Position numbers and translations under genes: made by a program. A stretch of 46,662 nucleotides of DNA from an uncultured Pseudomonadales bacterium (lineage in GTDB: Bacteria > Patescibacteriota > Microgenomatia > UBA1400 > PJMF01), in NCBI GenBank assembly GCA_964515115.1, contig CAZESB010000005.1, positions 1 through 46,662 on the forward strand, written 5' to 3'. Below are positions 7,133-16,003 of this stretch, one piece after another. Numbering within the stretch: the first letter of the stretch is position 1; each line of letters begins with the position of its first letter. Below the pieces are notes generated by a model, which was not told where the DNA came from, did no database searches, and was given only the letters and a program-made list of their open reading frames with translations.

Positions 7133-7180
7133 TTGGGTTAACAAAAAAGCAAATCAAAGAAATCAACTCACAATCAAAAC

Positions 7181-7738
7181 CTACTCATTCCCAATAATCT
7201 CAGCCAGATCTCGCCAAAAATCCGTATTATCGCGTTCAACCTCCCGACCGGTAGCTATTTCCTCAGCTATGCTAATTTGGGAACCCGGAGTCGCTATCAC
7301 TTGCAAACAAGGGGACGTGGGATGCGTGCCTCTAATTTCATTTAAAAAGTGCCTTTCACGCTTAACCACAGCTGTTTTGACAGATTTGCCATCGTGATAA
7401 GCATAATAAGAAATGAGAAAAATCCTGCGATCTTCGATACCGCGCATCAAACGCAGCCAATCTTCCGCCACCAAGAAATCATTACAAAGTTTCATGCCAG
7501 TACCAGGAAACCCTCGCAGCGCTGAAATTGACCAAGTATCGTCATTCACCAAAATCGGTTGCTGAAAATGATTGTAGGCTTGCGCCGCTTTGTCGCGAAC
7601 AATCGCGTTGCCATTGGCAGATTGAATTTCTTGCATTTCCAGACGCCGATGAACTAGTTGAATTCCATACTACTGTAAATTAATTTTTGCCGCGTTAAAT
7701 TTATCTTGATTGGTGGTGACGTATAAAATTTGACTCAT
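7181..7738 (-). pseudogene. Ham1/RdgB-family non-canonical NTP pyrophosphatase interrupted by an in-frame TAG
   Basis: The ATG at 7738 gives MSQILYVTTNQDKFNAAKINLQ (the TGNxxK-type N-terminus). Codon 23 is TAG (7670-7672). The same frame then continues YGIQLVHRRLEMQEIQS...ILVNDDTWSISALRGFPGTG (the DDSGL..AL.G.PG motif) down to 7181. Confidence 0.6.
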
Positions 7739-7826
7739 GGTTGATATTATAGTGAGCAAAAAAGGAATGTCATTCGTTAAATAACTTAACGCACCAACCA
7801 AAATCAAATTCTGCTACAATCACCTC

Positions 7827-8381
7827 ATGAAGACTCCTCCTCATACCATCACCTGCAAAGACATAGAAGGCAATACCTACCAAGTTCCGGCAAACGAGCT
7901 GGCTTTCCGTCCCGCGGTATACGCGGTGATTATTAAAGATGGTCAGATTCTCATGTCCAAACAGTGGGATGGCTATGACTTTCCTGGCGGCGGCATTGAA
8001 CTCGGGGAACCCACAGAGAGCGCCTTAATCAGAGAGGTAAAAGAGGAAACTGGTGTTGATGTTGTGGTCAACAACATTATTCAGTGCCAGGATTCTTTTT
8101 TTAAACTGCCTTTTAGTGGCACCTTCGTTCACTCAATTCATTTGTATTATCAGTGCCAAATAATGGGCGGCGAGCTGAGCGCTGAGTTTCTGAACGAACA
8201 AGAAAAACAGTACGCTGGCGAACCAGAGTGGTTGGAGCTGAATAAAATTAAGAATGTGAAAATATACACTTCCGCCGATGTTGATAAGCTTTTGGAGAGT
8301 TTTTATTCTGAAAATTTGGAGCAGACCGGGAGAGCCGCCAGCCCCCTCGGACGAGATACTAGAAGATCAGAAACAAGATAG
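7827..8381 (+). CDS. Nudix hydrolase
   Basis: Nudix box GGGIELGEPTESALIREVKEETGV. Confidence 0.8.
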   Translation: MKTPPHTITCKDIEGNTYQVPANELAFRPAVYAVIIKDGQILMSKQWDGYDFPGGGIELGEPTESALIREVKEETGVDVVVNNIIQCQDSFFKLPFSGTFVHSIHLYYQCQIMGGELSAEFLNEQEKQYAGEPEWLELNKIKNVKIYTSADVDKLLESFYSENLEQTGRAASPLGRDTRRSETR

Positions 8382-8397
8382 CTTCCTTGACAACCGT

Positions 8398-8426
8398 TTG
8401 ACAATCACTCAAAAATGTCCTATAGT
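8398..8426 (+). promoter_or_regulatory. putative promoter of the nuclease gene
   Basis: TTGACA (8398-8403), 17 nt, then TATAGT (8421-8426). A second TTGACA lies at 8387-8392. Confidence 0.45.
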
Positions 8427-8458
8427 AAATTATAGGAGCAAATTAAGAAGATTGAGTA

Positions 8459-9535
8459 ATGAAAAGCAAGCTGTTGGTGGGAATTGGTTGGTTGAGCGGA
8501 GGTTTCTTAGCGCTGCTTGGTCTCGGTGCAATGATCACCGGCGATACATTAGCAGCCATGTCTGTTCTAGCTCTGGCTTTTTTAGTTTCACCCTTAGCAA
8601 ATCGTTATTTGTTTAGCAAATTGCAGTTTGTCGTGCCAGCGTGGGGCAAGATACTTTTAGGTATTTTGCTTTTCTTTGCTTTTGCCGATAACCTCACACC
8701 AACAGAGCCAGCAGCCGAGCAGGAGCAAATCGAAGAGCCGGCTGTAGAAACTCAAAAAGAAGCTAATTTCGCGGAACCGGAAACAATTTATTACCAAGTG
8801 GCCAGTATCACCGATGGCGACACCATCAAAGTTATCATTGGAGATAAAACTGAAACCATTAGGTTGGTCAATATCAATACTCCGGAAACTGTCGATCCTC
8901 GTCGACCGGTAGAATGCCTGGGCCGGGAAGCCAGCCAGAAAATGACCGAGCTGGTGAGCGGTAAAAAAGTTGAGCTTGAAACCGATGAAACTCAAACCGA
9001 TCGCGACCGTTACAATCGCCTGTTGAGATTTGTTTTTTTGGAGGACGGTACTGATGTTGGGTTGGAATTAATCAAACTTGGCTTTGCTCAATCAAGTCCT
9101 TACGGCAATTCACCTCACAAATATCTTGAGCAATACGAAGCGGCACAAAAAGAAGCTCAAGACGAAGAGCTCGGCTTGTGGAATCCAAGTGCCTGCGTTG
9201 TAGCAGCACCTCCCGCTCCGGTTGCCCCCGTAGTCGTGCCTGCATCTACACCCACGCCTGCATCCACACCTACATTTGCGCCAACTTCAACCCCGGTTCC
9301 AGTTCAAAAACCACCAGCAAACTCAACCGGTGGATCAGCTGTTGGTGCTGCCAGTGGAACCACCGCGCCAACCCCTCAACCAACCGCCGCCACAGGCACT
9401 TACGTCTGCAATTGCCAAAAAACCTGCCCCCAAATGTCCTCTTGCGCCGAAGCCCAATACCAACTCAACGTTTGCGGTTGCAAGGCCAGAGATGGAGACG
9501 GCGACGGCATTGCCTGCGACGCTCAGTGCCAATAA
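8459..9535 (+). CDS. membrane-anchored/secreted thermonuclease (SNase) with C-terminal Excalibur Ca-binding domain
   Basis: N-terminal TM helices. SNase core DGDTIKV...IRLVNINTPE...ECLGREAS...DRYNRLLRFVF. A Pro/Thr/Ala-rich linker. A Cys-rich C-terminus ending ARDGDGDGIACDAQCQ (Excalibur DxDxDGxxC). Confidence 0.85.
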   Translation: MKSKLLVGIGWLSGGFLALLGLGAMITGDTLAAMSVLALAFLVSPLANRYLFSKLQFVVPAWGKILLGILLFFAFADNLTPTEPAAEQEQIEEPAVETQKEANFAEPETIYYQVASITDGDTIKVIIGDKTETIRLVNINTPETVDPRRPVECLGREASQKMTELVSGKKVELETDETQTDRDRYNRLLRFVFLEDGTDVGLELIKLGFAQSSPYGNSPHKYLEQYEAAQKEAQDEELGLWNPSACVVAAPPAPVAPVVVPASTPTPASTPTFAPTSTPVPVQKPPANSTGGSAVGAASGTTAPTPQPTAATGTYVCNCQKTCPQMSSCAEAQYQLNVCGCKARDGDGDGIACDAQCQ

Positions 9536-9539
9536 ACTC

Positions 9540-10256
9540 TCAAATTATCAACAATAAACCAGAAACAATCACCATCAAATAAATGAGATAGCGCAGCCAA
9601 AGCGAATTGAGTTTTCTGAATAATTTTGCCCCCACAAAAATACCCAGCACCAAAAAAGGCAGCGACAAAACGCTGTAAGTAATCACAGTTCCGGTAACTC
9701 TGCCGGCAAAAGTATGACCAATGACAATAAATACTCCCGTTACAAACATGTAGGTAGCAATGATGTCCTTGCGTTTGACCGCAGAGTTGCGCTTGTTATT
9801 AGCGGCATGGATACCGAGCAACGGGCCGTTAATATTCAAGGTAGCCCCAAAAAATCCGGCAATAAAGCCAACTGTCGCTCCCACTCGTTTCTTCTGGTAG
9901 GGGATTGGTATTTTTTTGGCGAACAAACTGCAAACCGCCACCAAAATCAGCATGATTCCTAAAATTATCGCCAATAAACGATCATTGATTGAGCCCAAAG
10001 ACATCAACCCAAAAGGAATGCCTACCAAAGAACCGCCAAAAAGCGGCAACAATAATTTGCTAAGGCCATTGGTTTTAGTTTTGTAAGCCACAATAGCGGT
10101 GGCAATCAAAGAAATAATAGCTACCAGCGGAATAACCGTTTGTAGAGGTAGAATAAAAGGCAATAACGACATGGAAATAGTAGAAATACCAAAACCAATC
10201 AGCTCCGCGCCCATACCGGCAAGAAAAAAAGTCAGCGCCAGGAAAAGTAGTTCCAT
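9540..10256 (-). CDS. TauE/SafE-family (DUF81) anion exporter membrane protein
   Basis: Polytopic; MELLFLALTFFLAGMGAELIGFG...G.FGG motifs are typical of TauE/SafE. I prefer the ATG at 10256 because the longer ORF start would overlap mgtE. Confidence 0.7.
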   Translation of the reverse strand: MELLFLALTFFLAGMGAELIGFGISTISMSLLPFILPLQTVIPLVAIISLIATAIVAYKTKTNGLSKLLLPLFGGSLVGIPFGLMSLGSINDRLLAIILGIMLILVAVCSLFAKKIPIPYQKKRVGATVGFIAGFFGATLNINGPLLGIHAANNKRNSAVKRKDIIATYMFVTGVFIVIGHTFAGRVTGTVITYSVLSLPFLVLGIFVGAKLFRKLNSLWLRYLIYLMVIVSGLLLII

Positions 10257-10272
10257 CCGTCCAGTATAGCGG

Positions 10273-11289
10273 TTACAACATGATTGTGGCCACACTCAAA
10301 TAAATGGCAATGCTGGCGATATCCAGCAAAATAGTAGCAAATGGCCCACTGCCATTGGCGGGATCTTGGCCCAGTTTATTCAAAAGATAAGGAATGGTAA
10401 TTGAGATAAAAGTCGAAAAAATGATGGCAATCATGCCAGCTAGACCCACCACCATTCCCAGATAAGCCGTCTGCCACAAAATAAAAATCGATAAATAAAT
10501 CAGCACACCGCAAAGTAGAGCAATCAAGCTGGTAATAACGATTTGTTTGAAAAAATAAATCAACATGGGGATTTTGGTTCTCATTACCAAGTCTCTGATA
10601 AAAAGAGTTTGGGTTTGATTGCCGACAGCCGCGCTAATGTAAACAATCAGGGGAATAAAGGCAGCTAAAATCAAATTCTTTTCAAGTGTCTGGGCAAATG
10701 AGCTAACAATTTCTGCTGCCAAAAAACCACCAAATAAACCAATGACGATCCAAGGCGCTCTTTTCCCAAACGAACTCAGGATTGATTCACTCAAAGTGTC
10801 GTGATGTCCGGCTTCATAACCCAAAATACCGGCCGATTTATAAATATCCTCTCGATATTCTCTCTGAAGAATTGCCAAAATTTTGTCATTGGGCACTACC
10901 CCGAGAAAATTGTTCTTATTATCTACAATAGGGACTGATTTAATGCCGTGTTTAAGAGCAAAGTTGGCCACTTTTTCTTGGCTAACTTGCGGACTGCTAG
11001 AGTGAACTGAGGCGATCATCACTTCACTGACGGGCTTTTCCGGTGGTTCAATCAATAATTTACTAAATGAGAAAACACCGGTTAATTTGTTGCTTTTGGT
11101 TAAAACATAAACATAATTGATGCTATCGTGATCTTGAATTTGATTGATAATACGAGCCCGAGCCTCACCAATGCTTTCGGCTGAGTAAGCTACTGGAATC
11201 GTGGTATCAATATGATGGGCAGCCGCGTCCTTTGGCAGCTTGAGATTTTTGAGATTTTGCTTGGCGTGGCTTAACCAGTTATTTTCCAT
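10273..11289 (-). CDS. mgtE: magnesium transporter MgtE (CBS pair plus TM domain, short N-terminus)
   Basis: CBS-pair region followed by APWIVIGLFGGFLAAEIV...AAFIPLIVYISAAVGNQTQTLFIRDL and ...GQDPANGSGPFATILLDI, the MgtE channel motifs. Confidence 0.85.
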   Translation of the reverse strand: MENNWLSHAKQNLKNLKLPKDAAAHHIDTTIPVAYSAESIGEARARIINQIQDHDSINYVYVLTKSNKLTGVFSFSKLLIEPPEKPVSEVMIASVHSSSPQVSQEKVANFALKHGIKSVPIVDNKNNFLGVVPNDKILAILQREYREDIYKSAGILGYEAGHHDTLSESILSSFGKRAPWIVIGLFGGFLAAEIVSSFAQTLEKNLILAAFIPLIVYISAAVGNQTQTLFIRDLVMRTKIPMLIYFFKQIVITSLIALLCGVLIYLSIFILWQTAYLGMVVGLAGMIAIIFSTFISITIPYLLNKLGQDPANGSGPFATILLDIASIAIYLSVATIML

Positions 11290-11342
11290 GCTTTAATCAT
11301 ACCTAATTGCTAAAGAATAAGAAATGCTGTTATGCTAATTTT

Positions 11343-12596
11343 ATGAAAATCATCCATATTACGGCTTACGAAATCATTGCCTCAGGCGGCTATCCTACCG
11401 TTGAGGCGGTAGTAGCGCTTGATACCGGTCATCTGGGCAAGGCTTCGGTGCCATACGGAGCCTCTGCCGGCACCCATGAAGCAGCGGTGTTAACAGACGG
11501 GGATGCCCATCGGTATCAGGGCAAGGGCGTATTGAAGGCGGTGGCCAATGTTAAAGAGCTTATCGCCCCGGCGCTAGTGGGCAAATCTCCTGAGGATCAG
11601 AGTGAAATTGATGGGATTATGTTGGCGCTGGACGGTACTGAAAATAAAGCTAAGTTGGGGGGGAACGCTATTTTGGCGGTGTCGCTGGCAGCCGCCAAGG
11701 CGGCAGCAGCGGCCAAAAAACAATCATTTTTCCAACATCTGCGCCAGACTTTCAACATCACCACGCCGCCGCGGCTGCCCAACCCCATGATGGTAGTGAT
11801 TGAAGGCGGCAAACACGCCCACAACACCACTGATATGCAAGAGTACTGCATGACCGCTGTCACCAACGAAAGCAGAGCGGAAAACATTCGCAAGGTCCTC
11901 GAAAGCTACCATCAACTCAAGCAAGTCCTGCAAGACAATAGTCTTTCCACCAATGTCGGTAACGAAGGCGCCTTTGCACCAGAAAACATCTCATCCAATG
12001 AGGCACCGTTTGCATATGTTTTGCAAGCTATTGAAAAAGCCGGTTATCAGCCAGGAAAAGATATCAGCCTTTCTCTTGATCCAGCTGCCAGTGAGTTTTA
12101 TCAAGACGGTAAGTATCACCTCAAGCTTGAAAACCGCATCCTCACTGCCGCGCAGCTCAAAAGCTATTATGAAAGCTGGCTTAATCAATACCCGATTGCC
12201 ACTCTGGAAGACATGTTTGCCGAAGACGACTGGCAAGCTTGGATCGATTTTCTGCCGCTCGCGCAGCAACATAACGTCCCCCACATTGGCGACGATCTCA
12301 CTGTCACTGACGTTAAAAGACTTGATGAAGCCATTCAAAGAAAAGCTGCTTCCGGTATCTTGATCAAGCTCAACCAAATCGGTACTCTCACTGAAACTGT
12401 AGCCGCCTGCAAACTAGCCAAAGAACACAACCTCACCATCGTTCCTTCGCACCGCGGCGGGGGCGAAACCAATGACACCAGCATGGTGGATCTAGCCGTC
12501 GCGGTTGGCGCCGATTACATCAAAGTCGGACCAACCAGAGGCGAGCGGGTTTCTAAGTATAACCGCTTGATGGAAATTGAACGGGAAATGGCCTGA
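11343..12596 (+). CDS. eno: enolase (phosphopyruvate hydratase)
   Basis: MKIIHITAYEIIASGGYPTVEA...GASAGTHEA...DDLTVT...IKLNQIGTLTET...SHRGGETNDT is full-length enolase. TGtTATGCT extended -10 lies 6 nt upstream of the ATG at 11343. Confidence 0.95.
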   Translation: MKIIHITAYEIIASGGYPTVEAVVALDTGHLGKASVPYGASAGTHEAAVLTDGDAHRYQGKGVLKAVANVKELIAPALVGKSPEDQSEIDGIMLALDGTENKAKLGGNAILAVSLAAAKAAAAAKKQSFFQHLRQTFNITTPPRLPNPMMVVIEGGKHAHNTTDMQEYCMTAVTNESRAENIRKVLESYHQLKQVLQDNSLSTNVGNEGAFAPENISSNEAPFAYVLQAIEKAGYQPGKDISLSLDPAASEFYQDGKYHLKLENRILTAAQLKSYYESWLNQYPIATLEDMFAEDDWQAWIDFLPLAQQHNVPHIGDDLTVTDVKRLDEAIQRKAASGILIKLNQIGTLTETVAACKLAKEHNLTIVPSHRGGGETNDTSMVDLAVAVGADYIKVGPTRGERVSKYNRLMEIEREMA

Positions 12597-12597
12597 C

Positions 12598-13041
12598 TCA
12601 TCTGCCAAACTGCCCAGTAACTGACGCTTCAGCCAACGAATACTGTTGCATCGCCTCTTCTAAGTGATGTTTTTCCGAATCCTCACTCAAGCCAATTGAC
12701 TTAGTATTGACTGCATAAATCCGAAAGCGATAACGGTGAATTTCCCCCTCAGGAGGGCAAGGACCAGTATAATGATTGCCACCAAAATTATTTTTACCTT
12801 CGACTACATAAGATGGTACTAAATTATCCCCGATGTAATTTAAAATACTCGGATCGAGATCCCAAAAAAGCCAGTGCGCAACTTCATACGGCGTATCCAA
12901 ATCGTCCATAATCAAGGCAAGCGATTCCGTACCCATGGGTAAATCATAAAATTCAAAAGGTGGATTAACATTTTCTCCCGCACAAGTATATCTTTCGGGA
13001 ATCATACTACCATCATTAAAAGCTGTGCTAACTATCCTCAT
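12598..13041 (-). CDS. YbhB/YbcL-family PEBP (Raf kinase inhibitor-like) protein
   Basis: IPERYTC.GENVNPPF...DDLDTP...HWLFWDL...GPCPP.GEIHRYRFRIYA. Confidence 0.85.
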   Translation of the reverse strand: MRIVSTAFNDGSMIPERYTCAGENVNPPFEFYDLPMGTESLALIMDDLDTPYEVAHWLFWDLDPSILNYIGDNLVPSYVVEGKNNFGGNHYTGPCPPEGEIHRYRFRIYAVNTKSIGLSEDSEKHHLEEAMQQYSLAEASVTGQFGR

Positions 13042-13180
13042 AGTTAACCAACTTTAGGCGAAAATTGTAATAATAGTGTGAAATATAGGCAATAACTGTT
13101 GTTGCTACTTAACAACCAGATTAAGTATTCGCTATACTAGATTTTGCGCTGGCATCAAACTGTCAAGCAAGCATTGAATT

Positions 13181-14557
13181 ATGGCTAAACAAAAAGACCT
13201 GCCCAAACCAATTAGCTTATGGCAAACCCTCGGGCCTTCGTTTATCTTGTTGGGTTTGGCTCTGGGAAGCGGCGAGCTGATCTTATGGCCCTACCTAGCC
13301 GCTAATTACGGCCTGGGCTTGCTTTGGGGAGCGCTTTTGGGCATTAGCTTTCAGTTTGTCCTCAACACCGAAGTAATGCGTTACAGCCTGGCTTGGGGTG
13401 AAAGTGTTTTCATGGGCTTTCGGCGGTTGAGTATTATTATTACCATTTGGTACATTATTTCTACCTTTATTCCTTGGTCTCTGCCTGGTTTTTCCAGCGC
13501 CGCCTCCAATGTTTTAGCCACCCTTTTCCCCTTTATACCGGAAAAACCCGTGGCTATCGCCCTTTTATTACTCACTGGTTTATTGCTTTCGGCCGGCAGC
13601 ACCGTCTACAAAACCATGGAAACCTTTCAAAAAGCCATCATTTTTATTGGTTTGCCATTCATGCTGGTGCTGACCTTGCTGCTAACTGGTAAACAGGATT
13701 GGATTGAAGCCGGCTGGGGGCTGATTGGCAGAGGAGACGGCTGGTGGTTTTTCCCACCCGGCGTGGCGCTGGCAGCATTCTTGGGTGCTTTTGCTTATTC
13801 AGGCGCCGGTGGCAACCTCAACTTAGCTCAATCTTACTACATCAAAGAAAAAGGCTTTGGCATGGGGCATTATATGGATAAAATTTCCTCCTTGTTCTCT
13901 GGCCAAGCCAAAGCAACCAAGATGGAAGGCGAAACTTTTGCCTCTACCAAAACCAACCGCAATCGCTGGCAAAGTTGGTGGCGGTTGGTCAATCTGGAGC
14001 ATTTTATTATTTTTTGGGGTCTGGGTTTTATCACCATCATGATCTTGGCGGTGATGGCAAAAGCCTTGGTTTTCGGTACGCCGGCCGAAGAAGGGCTGTC
14101 TTTCCTTTATGCAGAAAGCACCGCCATCTCTCAGTCGCTGACTCCTATTGTCGGAGTATTTTTCCTGCTGGTCTCGGCGCTGATGCTTTTTTCCACCCAA
14201 GTAGGAGTATTGGAGTCTTCTTCTCGGGTAATTTCTGAGAATGTTTTGTTGCTTTTTTATCGGAAGGGCAAAAAAATGAACATGTCCTTGGCTTTCTATG
14301 CCGCGCTCTGGGGGCAAATTACGCTCGGAATCGTCATCTACCTCCTGGGTTTTCAGGAACCAAGAGTGCTATTAACCTTGAGCGCGGTCCTGAATGCCGC
14401 AGCTATGATGATGTCATTCTTGTTTGTCTATCTCCTTAATAGAATGAGGTTACAGCAAAATTACCAGCCTAGCAAAATCAGAGTCATCATTATGCTGGCT
14501 GCTTTTATTTTCTTCGCCTACTTTTTGACCATTCTTTTTAAAGATGCTTTTCTTTGA
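13181..14557 (+). CDS. Nramp-like divalent metal transporter family membrane protein
   Basis: 458-aa polytopic protein. LGPSFILLGLALGSGELILWPYLAANYGLGLLW...NTEVMRYSL resembles distant Nramp/MntH-type transporters. Confidence 0.6.
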   Translation: MAKQKDLPKPISLWQTLGPSFILLGLALGSGELILWPYLAANYGLGLLWGALLGISFQFVLNTEVMRYSLAWGESVFMGFRRLSIIITIWYIISTFIPWSLPGFSSAASNVLATLFPFIPEKPVAIALLLLTGLLLSAGSTVYKTMETFQKAIIFIGLPFMLVLTLLLTGKQDWIEAGWGLIGRGDGWWFFPPGVALAAFLGAFAYSGAGGNLNLAQSYYIKEKGFGMGHYMDKISSLFSGQAKATKMEGETFASTKTNRNRWQSWWRLVNLEHFIIFWGLGFITIMILAVMAKALVFGTPAEEGLSFLYAESTAISQSLTPIVGVFFLLVSALMLFSTQVGVLESSSRVISENVLLLFYRKGKKMNMSLAFYAALWGQITLGIVIYLLGFQEPRVLLTLSAVLNAAAMMMSFLFVYLLNRMRLQQNYQPSKIRVIIMLAAFIFFAYFLTILFKDAFL

Positions 14558-14572
14558 TGTATAATAAAGAAA

Positions 14573-15133
14573 ATGAATCATATCCAGACGGACTGGATTA
14601 AACAATTTCCGGTCCAAAATTTTCCCCCCAATAAAATTGTTCTTAACCCAGGAACTAAGTCTCACCAAGTTTATGCCATCACTAAGGGTATTGTGAAAAT
14701 GTATGATACCGGAGCAAACGGCAATCGGATCCTGCTGTCACTTTTTACTGTTGGTTGTATCATTCCTATGCCGGCGGCTCTTCTGAAAAGAACTAACAAT
14801 TACACTTTCGAAACCCTTGACGAAGTAGAGGTTCACGTCATCCCGGTAAAAGAATTTCAAAATTATTTACGCCAACATCCTGAATCTATGGAAGAGGTGC
14901 TACTCACCTTTTTGAGAGCCTTTTTAGTGCTGACAGAACAAGTTTCCGCCTTAAAATTAAACGTAGCAGAGGATAAGATCAGCGTTGTCATTAGACAATT
15001 GGAGTGCAAATCTAAAAGGGCCAACACTCATTCTTTGATTCAAAAACTCACTCAGCAAGAAATCGCCAACCTGGCTGGAGTTTCCCGGGAAACGGTTTCT
15101 CGCAAACTTTCCAAAATTCTCAAAACCTTGTGA
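14573..15133 (+). CDS. Crp/Fnr-family transcriptional regulator
   Basis: N-terminal cNMP-binding-like beta-roll. C-terminal HTH TQQEIANLAGVSRETVSRKLSKI. Confidence 0.8.
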   Translation: MNHIQTDWIKQFPVQNFPPNKIVLNPGTKSHQVYAITKGIVKMYDTGANGNRILLSLFTVGCIIPMPAALLKRTNNYTFETLDEVEVHVIPVKEFQNYLRQHPESMEEVLLTFLRAFLVLTEQVSALKLNVAEDKISVVIRQLECKSKRANTHSLIQKLTQQEIANLAGVSRETVSRKLSKILKTL

Positions 15134-15179
15134 TTGGGGTCACTGCATAATCAGGAAGAAGGTACTATACTGCGGGCGT

Positions 15180-16001
15180 ATGCTCAACCGTGCTGAAGAA
15201 AGGTGGCCTAACCCTGAAGTGTCAATAAGTACCAAGCAACCTGACCAGTTGACGGTAGAAATATTGGCGAGAAGGTGTTTGGGTAGTAACAAGGTAAATC
15301 AAAAAGATTTGTTATCTTTCTGTAAAGAGCTGGGTTTAATAATTGAACCTAGAAGCGGCTTAGTTCTTCCCGCAGAATCTCCACAAAACGATTTTCCATC
15401 AAAAGTTGCTAGAGATGCAATTTTTCTTCAAGCAGCAGATTCTATTTGCCCTCCAGGTTTAGAAGCTGCAGGGTCTTATAGAGGAAACAATGAACTATTA
15501 GCCAATTTATGCCAACTGCTGAAACAACAACAAATTGCTGATCCCGAACCAACTCTACTGCTTTCTGAAAACAATTTATCTCATCCAAATTCAACCATGC
15601 AAATCATGACTCAAGTACCGGGACTTACAATGCTGCACGATAGCGATGGAGTTACTCACCTGGTTTTCGTTAACCCCACAAAAGGAAGCTCTCTCTGGCT
15701 TACCGAAGCTGATAATGGTCATCTAATTGGCAGGTTATCATCATCAACGTTTAGGATTATTCCTGGTTATCCAAAATCATGGATGTATACCACTGATATG
15801 GATCAATCAAGTTGGACGCCCATGACACCTAACCAGGCTCGGCAAGAAGCAGAGCAAATTTTGTGGCGACTTAGAGGTTGCTCTAGTAAGTATCAAGAGA
15901 TTTTTCCTCCTTGGACTCCTCCAAAACAAGAGCAAGAAGTAGGGTCAACACCATCGTGTAGAGAGCTAATTGCAAATATTAAGACTCGTAAATCAGACTA
16001 G
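15180..16001 (+). CDS. hypothetical protein (ORFan-like)
   Basis: ATG ORF of 273 aa with no recognisable motif. Locally lower GC than its neighbours. Confidence 0.5.
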   Translation: MLNRAEERWPNPEVSISTKQPDQLTVEILARRCLGSNKVNQKDLLSFCKELGLIIEPRSGLVLPAESPQNDFPSKVARDAIFLQAADSICPPGLEAAGSYRGNNELLANLCQLLKQQQIADPEPTLLLSENNLSHPNSTMQIMTQVPGLTMLHDSDGVTHLVFVNPTKGSSLWLTEADNGHLIGRLSSSTFRIIPGYPKSWMYTTDMDQSSWTPMTPNQARQEAEQILWRLRGCSSKYQEIFPPWTPPKQEQEVGSTPSCRELIANIKTRKSD

Positions 16002-16003
16002 TC

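Noticed and set aside
13042-13180. Metal riboswitch upstream of the Nramp-like transporter
   Set aside because: I saw only a 6-bp hairpin (gttgtt/aacaac) and a plausible TTAACA-N18-TATACT promoter. The remaining leader of about 35 nt is too short for the known Mn or NiCo riboswitch folds.
13823-14317. Long ORFs antisense to or overlapping conserved genes (for example 13823-14317, 24786-25229, 8657-8995, 11953-12363, 11991-12377, 26648-27541 set, 37579-38133, 39606-40031, 17842-18267)
   Set aside because: Each lies inside a gene with strong family motifs on the other strand or in another frame. Their translations are low-complexity or Arg/Ser/Cys-rich, with no motifs. They are typical shadow ORFs.
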